Assembly (NCBI GenBank): GCA_039208735.1
Contig: JBCCQY010000234.1
Location: 1-10,640, forward strand
Origin: Myxococcota bacterium
GTDB taxonomy: Bacteria > Myxococcota_A > UBA796 > GCA-2862545
Direction of reading: 5' to 3'
Length of the DNA stretch: 10,640 bases
A model generated the notes under the pieces. That model did no database searches, was not told the DNA's origin, and worked only from the letters and a program-made list of their open reading frames with translations. The translations under genes were made by a program, and so were the position numbers. Numbering within the stretch: position 1 is the first letter of the stretch; the number at the start of each line of letters is the position of its first letter. Positions 1 to 6,648 of the stretch are shown in pieces.

Positions 1-288
1 CCAACGTCGAAGGGGGCGGAGCCGCCTCGTGGAGATGCCGCCGCAACACGTCGCCCGGCCGCCCCACGAACGGCGGCTGGAAGGCCAGCATTTCATAGAG
101 CAGAATGCCAAGCGAGTAGAGGTCGGTGCGTGCATTGAGCACGTCCTCTTTGATGTACTCGGGCGCCATGTACTCGCTTGGCATTCTGCTCTATGAAATG
201 CTGGCCTTCCAGCCGCCGTTCGTGGGGCGGCCGGGCGACGTGTTGCGGCGGCATCTCCACGAGGCGGCTCCGCCCCCTTCGACGTTGG
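1..288. repeat. Perfect inverted repeat (arms 1-118 and 171-288, 52-nt spacer); fold-back junction inside a kinase gene
   Basis: 1-118 (CCAACGTCGAAGGGGG...GCCAAGCGAGTA) is the base-for-base reverse complement of 171-288 (TACTCGCTTGGC...CCCCCTTCGACGTTGG). Pairing breaks at 119/170. The left arm runs off the window edge, so 118 bp is a minimum. Confidence 0.97.
2..175 (-). pseudogene. Inverted copy of Hanks-type Ser/Thr kinase segment (subdomains VIII-X), runs off the left edge
   Basis: Minus-strand translation [58 protein letters not shown] contains the YMAPE (VIII) and DLYSLG..LYEML (IX) motifs. Upstream kinase subdomains are absent because the sequence switches into the other arm. Confidence 0.85.
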
Positions 289-422
289 CCAACGAGGCCG
301 TCCCTGGCTGGCTGGACCGTCTGATTCTCGACCTGCTCGCCAAGGGGCCCCACGATCGGCCTGCGTCCGGCCGCGAGGTGGCCCTCGCCTTGCGCACCGG
401 CTCCTGGCCCATCGTGGTGTAG
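171..422 (+). CDS. C-terminal fragment of Hanks-type Ser/Thr protein kinase (subdomains IX-XI), 5' part lost at the fold-back junction
   Basis: [17 protein letters not shown]...[27 protein letters not shown]...* matches the kinase C-lobe, including the invariant subdomain XI Arg (DRP). TAG at 420-422 converges on the TPR gene stop with a 2-nt gap. The ORF-track N-terminus (126-170) is antisense spacer, not kinase. Confidence 0.85.
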   Translation, partial: YSLGILLYEMLAFQPPFVGRPGDVLRRHLHEAAPPPSTLANEAVPGWLDRLILDLLAKGPHDRPASGREVALALRTGSWPIVV

Positions 423-424
423 GG

Positions 425-1867
425 CTACTGCGCGAGCTTCCGCAACCTGGACACCGCGGCCTTCAAGCCCGCGTTGTTCGTGCGGGATGCGATGGGCTCG
501 AGCACGTTGGCGGCTTCTGCGGGGCGACCGGCGAGCGGCGCAATGCGAATGAAGGCCGCGATGATTCGGGGGTCTGGCTTGGTGACCATGGCGATCTTCG
601 TCACCGCATACGCCTCTTCGGCCCGTCCCTGATCGAGCAGGGTCTGGGCGTACAACAGCTGACTCTCGACATGCTTCGGATTTGCGCTGGCGACCCGCTC
701 GAGGACCAAGATGGCGTCCGCGGTGTGTCCGGATCGACGCAACGATCGGGCGAGGGACAGGGTTGCGGCACGATCCCACGGCCGCGCGGAGACGGCCCGG
801 GTCAGGTGGGGCACGGCGTCGGAGGGCCGTCCCGCCGCGAGGAGCGCATCGCCGGTGGCGACGGCGACGAGGTCGTTGTCGGGTGCGATGGCGGCGGCCG
901 CGGTGAGGTCATCGACGTAGCCCGCGTCGCCTGCGGCTTGCCGCAGGAGCGCCCGGCTGAATCGCGCCATCGCGGACTTGGGAGAGGACTTGATGGCCTT
1001 GTCATGGGCCTTACGCAATTCGTGTTCGGCGGTGGCCGGTGACAGCAACGACGTCAGAGACGACGTGGTGATGCGTCGGGCGGCCAGTTCCCGGGCCCAA
1101 TGGAAGGCGGCCCGCGCATCGATGGCCTGAACGTCGAGCACCAAGGCCTGTTGGGCTTGCTGTTCGGCCAGGCCAGCCTTGCCTGCGAGCAGAGCCGTGC
1201 GGGCAAGGGCATTGTGGAGAGCCAGACTCGAGCCGTGCGTGGTGAGCGCCTCGGCCAGCACGGCTTCGGCATGTCGGGGATCGAGCGTGGCGAGCATCAA
1301 GGCCAGATCGGGGGCTTTGGTCCGTTCAAACCCGTCGAACGCCACCTTTTGGGCCTTTGCCCGTTGGCCTTGCGCCAGATGCACGCGCGACAGGCCTACC
1401 CAGGCTTCGGTCAACGCAGGGTCGAGGGTCGTGGCTCGGGCGTAGCCGGTTTGGGCGGTCGTCGGATCGCCGGAAAGCTCGTCGAGGCCCGCCAGACCCA
1501 TGTGCGCTCGCGCGTGATCGGGATTGAGGGAAAGCGCGTTTTGGTAGGCTTTGCGGCTCGCCGTAGGGTCCACCTCGGCCCGCCCCACGAGGTAGTGGCT
1601 GTCGGCAGTGGGGGCGGTCTTGAGGCGTTCGCGCGCATGATCGATCGCACGTTGCGTTTGACCCAACGACAGAAACACGTCGATCGCGAGTTCTTGGGCC
1701 ACCACGTCATCGGGGCGGTCCGCGACATTCTGGGCCGCCACGTCGAGGGCTTCCAGGAGGCGACCCTGACGAAGGAGGGTTTCGGCGTCGACGTCGGCCC
1801 CCCAAGCCGGCGGTGTGAACCCCATCCACAGGCAGGCCAGCGCGAAGGCAATGGGAGATCGGGCCAT
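425..1867 (-). CDS. Secreted tetratricopeptide-repeat (TPR) protein
   Basis: Sec-type signal MARSPIAFALACLWMGFTPPAWG-A, followed by Ala/Leu-rich helical repeats with TPR signatures (YQNALSLNPDHARAHMGLA, YARATTLDPALTEAWVGLS, LERVASANPKHVESQLLYAQ). Start is ATG 1867 or ATG 1885; both have GAGG a few nt upstream. Confidence 0.85.
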   Translation of the reverse strand: MARSPIAFALACLWMGFTPPAWGADVDAETLLRQGRLLEALDVAAQNVADRPDDVVAQELAIDVFLSLGQTQRAIDHARERLKTAPTADSHYLVGRAEVDPTASRKAYQNALSLNPDHARAHMGLAGLDELSGDPTTAQTGYARATTLDPALTEAWVGLSRVHLAQGQRAKAQKVAFDGFERTKAPDLALMLATLDPRHAEAVLAEALTTHGSSLALHNALARTALLAGKAGLAEQQAQQALVLDVQAIDARAAFHWARELAARRITTSSLTSLLSPATAEHELRKAHDKAIKSSPKSAMARFSRALLRQAAGDAGYVDDLTAAAAIAPDNDLVAVATGDALLAAGRPSDAVPHLTRAVSARPWDRAATLSLARSLRRSGHTADAILVLERVASANPKHVESQLLYAQTLLDQGRAEEAYAVTKIAMVTKPDPRIIAAFIRIAPLAGRPAEAANVLEPIASRTNNAGLKAAVSRLRKLAQ

Positions 1868-1948
1868 GTTCCTCGCTCGCAGCATCTGCCTCGTCTAACG
1901 TGCTGACCGCGCCGGTTTCGTCCCGAGATGCCACCAGCCGGGGGGCGT

Positions 1949-2815
1949 TTACGCGACGTGGATTCCGAACACCGCATGTAGGTCGTCTGATTCGAGTCCG
2001 ATTTCGCCTACCTTGGTCTCCGTTTCGAGGTCGTAGCCCACGATTCGCGTCGGATGAACCGAGACCATGGGACGGCCGCGAAGGGCTCCTCTGACCCATG
2101 CGAGCCGCGTGCGCTGGGCGGTGGCCCGGAGTCGCGTGAACCCCACCCAGGCGATGGCACCGTCAAATGCGAGGCCGCGACACCACCCAAGCGGGGGTTC
2201 CCGGTCTTCCATCCGATGCAGGTCGACCTCTCGCCGGGTCTGACGGTGAAGGTCGAGGCGGATCAATCGACCATCGACGGTGGTGAACCAGACGCCGTCG
2301 GGCCTCACCACCCCATCGTGAATCACGACATCCGCGACCCAGGCCCCCCTGGCGGATCCGTGGGCGGCGATTTCTCGGACGTCTCCGGCCGCGCCGCGTG
2401 TCACGAAGAGCGCCTCTTCCCATGCGAAGAGGTGATTGGGATGGGCGCGGCCCCGCGGGGGCTTCACCGAATGGACGCTGTCCCCCACCCACACCTCATC
2501 GCGGGCGGTCACCGCGACGCAGGGCTGCTCGCCATGACGAAGCGCGTGGTGGGCGTCGAGGTCAGGTCCTAAGGCCTCGGGTTGGCCAAAGGCTCCTCGC
2601 GCAGGATCAAACGGAACGATGGCCCCTTCGCCGCAGAGCAAGCGGCCATCCGGAGAGATGCCCTTGAAACAGCGCACTTCGGCGGAACGAGCGGCCTTTC
2701 GCACGCCCGTCGACAGGTCGACGTGCAGGGCTAGGCCTGTGTCGTAGAGGGGTCGATGATCCCGGTCGAACACGCCTGCAGGACGCGCTTGGCGGCCTCC
2801 GATCACCCACGGCAT
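1949..2815 (-). CDS. Putative beta-propeller protein, DUF4915/TIGR03032-like
   Basis: 288 aa of short beta-strand repeats. C-terminal GWCRGLAFDGAIAWVGFTRLR resembles the G(F/W)xRGL...(F/W)VGxS blade of that family. HPNH and IHDG motifs are present. Start overlaps the GT4 stop by 13 nt. No signal peptide. Confidence 0.6.
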   Translation of the reverse strand: MPWVIGGRQARPAGVFDRDHRPLYDTGLALHVDLSTGVRKAARSAEVRCFKGISPDGRLLCGEGAIVPFDPARGAFGQPEALGPDLDAHHALRHGEQPCVAVTARDEVWVGDSVHSVKPPRGRAHPNHLFAWEEALFVTRGAAGDVREIAAHGSARGAWVADVVIHDGVVRPDGVWFTTVDGRLIRLDLHRQTRREVDLHRMEDREPPLGWCRGLAFDGAIAWVGFTRLRATAQRTRLAWVRGALRGRPMVSVHPTRIVGYDLETETKVGEIGLESDDLHAVFGIHVA

Positions 2816-3747
2816 GCCAGGGCCTCGTAGGTGGCGGACCAGTGGTGCGCGATGGCCTGGGGAGCGTACGCGTCGAGCCTTCTGCGTGGCGGTGGATCTC
2901 GCCAGATCGCTTCGATGGCGCGGGCGATGGAAGCAGGGTCGGGTTGATCGATGAGAATGCCGGCCTCACCAATCATTTCAGGGATGGCGCCGATGCGGGT
3001 CGCCACCACGGGGACCCCCGCGGCGAGGGCTTCGAGAACGACCATGGGAGCTGCGTCATCGCGAGTAGGCAGCACGAGCACGGATGCGCGGGACAGCTCC
3101 GTCTGGCGACGATCTTCGTCGATCCATCCCAACTCCCGTACTCCTCGACCCGTCATGGACTCGGGACCTCGGCCGGCCAACACCAGCGTGGCGTCGGGCC
3201 AGGTTCGTCGCAGCAGCCCCAAAGCGACGACCAACGCGTGGACACCTTTGTCCTCGACGAAGCGCCCAAGGAACAGGATCCGTCGCGGCACAGGGGCGCG
3301 AGGGCCGACGCGTGCGGGATGCGGATTGCGGACGATTTCGAGATCGCCAAGCCCCCATCGGGCGTATGCGTCTTGAAGTTCGGGGATGAGGCCGAAGCTA
3401 TGGTCGGCGTCGCCGACAAGGGTGCGCGCCAGGTGCCGCAGTTGCGCATCGTCATCGATGCGCAGGATCAGAGCGCGATCGACGCCGTGCCAGTGGACCA
3501 ACGTGGACGCGCCACCCGCCTTGATCAGCCGATGAAGCGCACCATCGCGAAGCAGGGCTCGCCACCTAAAAGAAGGATGAAGGTGGACCACGGGGCTGTT
3601 GCGGGCCCTGGTCAGGACTGCTGCGAGGTCGTAGGGATGTTTGGCCACGCTTGCCCGTAGGATCTCAACGTTCGGTCCCAAGTGGGGCTCCACCGCGTCG
3701 ATGACCGTAGCGACGCCCCCATGGCCCCGTGGACGTACGATCAACAC
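2803..3747 (-). CDS. Glycosyltransferase family 4 (GT-B, retaining)
   Basis: N-terminal VLIVRPRGHGGVA, VHWHG, ILFLGRFVEDKGV, LVLAGRGP, and DAAPMVVLEALAAGVPVVATRIGAIPE motifs. Start chosen at GTG 3747 (in frame, at the first Rossmann strand). ATG 3807 is an alternative; the ORF-track start at 3879 overlaps the dehydratase gene. Confidence 0.9.
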   Translation of the reverse strand: MLIVRPRGHGGVATVIDAVEPHLGPNVEILRASVAKHPYDLAAVLTRARNSPVVHLHPSFRWRALLRDGALHRLIKAGGASTLVHWHGVDRALILRIDDDAQLRHLARTLVGDADHSFGLIPELQDAYARWGLGDLEIVRNPHPARVGPRAPVPRRILFLGRFVEDKGVHALVVALGLLRRTWPDATLVLAGRGPESMTGRGVRELGWIDEDRRQTELSRASVLVLPTRDDAAPMVVLEALAAGVPVVATRIGAIPEMIGEAGILIDQPDPASIARAIEAIWRDPPPRRRLDAYAPQAIAHHWSATYEALACRG

Positions 3748-3805
3748 CGGGGAATACGAGCCTTCACGGCCTTCAATTTCCTTGGAGCCGGCCGAAAGCG
3801 GGAGC
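3748..3805. promoter_or_regulatory. Divergent intergenic region, presumed bidirectional promoter
   Basis: This is the only space between the two divergent gene arms. It has lower GC and a GCCTTCA direct repeat at 3760-3766 and 3769-3775. No clear -35/-10 consensus recognised. Confidence 0.4.
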
Positions 3806-5731
3806 ATGAGCGTTGACGCCCCGCGAAAGTTCGACATTTCCCGACTCCCCACTGTCCTCGTCGAGTACCGGCGCCTCATGGTGTGGTCCGCACACGCCTT
3901 GATTTGGACCGTAGCCTACTTCGGCGCCTTCCTTCTTCGCTTCGATTTCAACGTGCCTGCGATCTGGTTCAGCGAGCCGTACGGGGCCTGGTTGGTCGTG
4001 CTCGTGGCGTTTCGGACGTTGACCTATGGGCAATTCGGTCAGTTCCAAGGCATCTGGAAGTACACCGGTCAGCGCGACCTCGAGCGGCTGATTGCCGCGA
4101 CCGGCATCTCGACGCTCGTCTTCAGCGCGTTCGTCATGGTGACGCCGTTTCCGGTGCCACGGTCGGTGTTGCTCGTCGAGCCGATGATCTCGCTGGGACT
4201 GGCGGGGGGCCTTCGGTTCTCGGTCCGCATCCTGGCCCAAACGGCCCGGCGGCTCGACGCCCAATCGGCGCGGCGGATCCTCGTCGTCGGTAGCGAAGAT
4301 GCGGCGGAAGCGACCCTCCGCGAGATCACTCGCAGCATGCCAAACGTGACGCCCATGGGCATTCTCGACGATGACCGAAGGCAATGGGGCATGTCGATTC
4401 ATGGGGTGACCGTGCTCGGACCGATCTCGGCCGCGTCTCGCTACATCGCCGAACTCGACATTGCCGAGGTCATCATCGCGATGCCGCGGGCCACGGGCAC
4501 CGAGATGCGAGCCATCGTCGATCAGGTCAGCGTCGACGGGGTGTCGGTGAGGACGGTCCCTGCGATGCACGATCTGGTCGAAGGTCACCTCACCGTGAGC
4601 CAAATCCGGGAGGTTGACATCGAGGATCTCCTGGGGCGTGACCCTGTGCAGCTCGACACCGAACGGGTGTCGTCGATGATTCGCGACAACGTCGTGCTCG
4701 TGACCGGGGCGGGGGGCAGCATCGGCGGTGAGCTGTGCCGGCAGATCTGCAGGTTCCACCCTCGCACTCTCGTACTGGTCGAGCAGGCGGAGAATGCGCT
4801 GTACCACATCCATCGAGAGCTGTTGAGCCGGGGCCTCGAGGTCACCATTCTGCCGCGCATCGCGGACATTACGGACTTCGGAAGGCTGGACCACATCTTC
4901 GACGAAACGAAGCCCGGACTGGTGCTCCATGCAGCGGCTCATAAGCATGTGCCGATGATGGAGAACAACCCTGGCGAAGCCATCAAGAACAACATCGGTG
5001 GCACGGTCACGGTGGTGGAGGTGGCCCACCTGCACCGCGTGAAGCGGTTCGTGATGATCTCGACCGACAAGGCCGTGAATCCCACGTCGGTGATGGGCTG
5101 CACCAAACGGGTCGCGGAACTGTACGTCCAAAGCCAAGCCGAGCGGAGCGACACTGCGTTCGTGACGGTGCGGTTTGGCAATGTCCTCGGCAGCAACGGC
5201 TCGGTGATCCCCCTGTTCAAGAAGCAAATCGCGCTGGGGGGGCCCGTCACGGTCACGCACCCCGACATGCAGCGCTACTTCATGACCATCCCCGAGGCCT
5301 CGCAGCTCGTGCTGCAGGCGGGTGCCATGGGCAACAGCGGGGAGATCTACGTGCTCGACATGGGTGAGCCGGTCAAGATCACCACCCTCGCTGAAGATTT
5401 GATCCGCCTTTCCGGCTTGCAACCGGGTCGAGACGTCGAGATCGTCTACACGGGCGTGCGTCCCGGAGAGAAGCTCTTTGAGGAACTCGCGATTGACGGG
5501 GAGAACGCAACGAAGACGCGTCACCCAAAGATCTACATTGGCACCGGTTCCCCGCGGCCCTACCCCTGGATGCAGGAGGCCGTACAACAGCTGCTGGGCG
5601 CGGCCGAGGCGGATGATGTCGCAGCGCGCCGCATGCTCAAACGGGTCGTCCCACGGTATACGTGGACCGACGAAGCAGAGACCCCGGCCAATGTGGTGGC
5701 GCTCGGGACGATCGCCGATCGCAGAAAGTGA
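3806..5731 (+). CDS. capD: Membrane-anchored nucleoside-diphosphate sugar 4,6-dehydratase (CapD/PglF/WbpM type)
   Basis: About four N-terminal TM segments (AFLLRFDF, GIWKYTG, PRSVLL), a CoA-binding-like domain (GILDDD...G..IHGVTVLG), then IEDLLGRDPV, TGAGGSIG, HAAAHKHVPMME, STDKAVNPTSVMGCTKR, RFGNVLGSNGSVIPLF, RYFMTIPEA and GVRPGEKLFEEL. ATG 3806 gives 641 aa. Confidence 0.95.
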   Translation: MSVDAPRKFDISRLPTVLVEYRRLMVWSAHALIWTVAYFGAFLLRFDFNVPAIWFSEPYGAWLVVLVAFRTLTYGQFGQFQGIWKYTGQRDLERLIAATGISTLVFSAFVMVTPFPVPRSVLLVEPMISLGLAGGLRFSVRILAQTARRLDAQSARRILVVGSEDAAEATLREITRSMPNVTPMGILDDDRRQWGMSIHGVTVLGPISAASRYIAELDIAEVIIAMPRATGTEMRAIVDQVSVDGVSVRTVPAMHDLVEGHLTVSQIREVDIEDLLGRDPVQLDTERVSSMIRDNVVLVTGAGGSIGGELCRQICRFHPRTLVLVEQAENALYHIHRELLSRGLEVTILPRIADITDFGRLDHIFDETKPGLVLHAAAHKHVPMMENNPGEAIKNNIGGTVTVVEVAHLHRVKRFVMISTDKAVNPTSVMGCTKRVAELYVQSQAERSDTAFVTVRFGNVLGSNGSVIPLFKKQIALGGPVTVTHPDMQRYFMTIPEASQLVLQAGAMGNSGEIYVLDMGEPVKITTLAEDLIRLSGLQPGRDVEIVYTGVRPGEKLFEELAIDGENATKTRHPKIYIGTGSPRPYPWMQEAVQQLLGAAEADDVAARRMLKRVVPRYTWTDEAETPANVVALGTIADRRK

Positions 5732-5843
5732 CGGTGCGGTTCAAAGGGGCGGCCGGGCGCTTCAAGCGAGGGACGAGCAAAGACCCGAAAGATCCGACGG
5801 GTATGCTCGAAGGGCATGGGGACGGGCCCTACGGGGATGGAGG

Positions 5844-6617
5844 ATGCCGTTGATTGGGGTCGCAATCGGTTGGGCATTCACAAGCCTCGCCGCACATCCC
5901 GACTACAAGGTCGGGGTCGGGGATGTCATCGAGATTCAGGTTCATGGCGCGGCCCTCGGCAATGACGGACGATTCGTCGTCGCGGGCACCGGCGAGGTGA
6001 GCTTGCCCTGCGTGGACCGGGTCGCGGTGTCGGCTCAGTCGGTGTCTGAAATCGAGCAGACGCTCCGCAAGGCGCTCATGCCAGATTGCTACGTCGATCC
6101 CATCGTGACGGTGAAGATCGAGGAGTTTCGGTCCCAGCGCGTGGATGTGCTCGGCGCGGTGGGGAAACCTGGCGTGTATTTCCTGGAAGGCCCGACGACG
6201 GTGCGCAACATCCTCACCCGCGCCGGAGGCATCCAGACTGCCCGTTCGACGGGACAGGTGGTCGTCACCCGCAAGGGAATCGAGGTTGTCCACGTGCCCA
6301 TCGGAGAACTCGATGGGCGTCTCGGAGACTACGAGTTGACCCGCGACGACGTGGTGTCGGTCGATGAGGGGCGTATCGTCTATGTCGGTGGCGAAGTGGA
6401 GAAGCCGGGGGCCATCGCGTACGCCGAAGGAGTGACGGTCAGTGAAGCCGTCATGAAGGCCGGCGGGCATAGTGAAGCGGCCCGTCTTGCAGGGGTCTAC
6501 GTGCTGCGGGATGGCGACAAAATCCCCGTTAACCTGCGACGTATCCTCAAAGGCAAGGACAATGACCCTCAGCTGCGCCCAGGCGACCAGGTCGTGGTGC
6601 CGGAAAGCCCTCTGTAG
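5844..6617 (+). CDS. Short OPX/Wza-family polysaccharide export protein (Poly_export + 2 SLBB, no C-terminal TM helix)
   Basis: Hydrophobic leader, DYKVGVGDVIEIQV, PES-like GEVSLP..RVAV...VSEIEQTL...YVDPIVTV, two SLBB repeats (VLGAVGKPG...AGG; VGGEVEKPG...AGG), ending LRPGDQVVVPESPL. GGAGG at 5839-5843; start is ATG 5844 or TTG 5850. Confidence 0.9.
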   Translation: MPLIGVAIGWAFTSLAAHPDYKVGVGDVIEIQVHGAALGNDGRFVVAGTGEVSLPCVDRVAVSAQSVSEIEQTLRKALMPDCYVDPIVTVKIEEFRSQRVDVLGAVGKPGVYFLEGPTTVRNILTRAGGIQTARSTGQVVVTRKGIEVVHVPIGELDGRLGDYELTRDDVVSVDEGRIVYVGGEVEKPGAIAYAEGVTVSEAVMKAGGHSEAARLAGVYVLRDGDKIPVNLRRILKGKDNDPQLRPGDQVVVPESPL

Positions 6618-6648
6618 ATAAGGGAGTCCATCCCAAGTCGGAGGGCCT

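Noticed and set aside
153..176. Direct repeat ATGTACTCG (153-161, 168-176) as a target-site duplication
   Set aside because: Explained by the repeated E-Y codons in EYMAPEYI on the minus strand; no transposase or element ends nearby.
1..288. Inverted repeat as MITE, terminator or retron/ncRNA hairpin
   Set aside because: Both arms are kinase coding sequence and the spacer continues the kinase frame on the minus strand, so it is a rearranged gene, not a dedicated element.
93..779. 228-aa minus-strand ORF and 126..422 taken as a complete 98-aa gene
   Set aside because: Both cross the fold-back junction or overlap the TPR gene out of frame; only 171-422 (+) and 2-175 (-) are kinase-like.
3031..3057. 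DX7E instead of EX7E in the minus-strand GT4
   Set aside because: Asp at the first position is a common GT4 variant and is not evidence of inactivation or novelty.
3773..5587. 604-aa antisense ORF opposite capD
   Set aside because: Shadow frame expected from high-GC codon bias; His/Arg-rich low-information sequence with no motifs, fully overlapping a well-supported gene.
5478..5843. Long N-terminal extension of the OPX ORF (likewise extensions of capD from 3641, galE from 7728, GT4 from 8692 and 3879)
   Set aside because: Extensions overlap neighbouring genes and lack family similarity; downstream starts match the domain boundaries.
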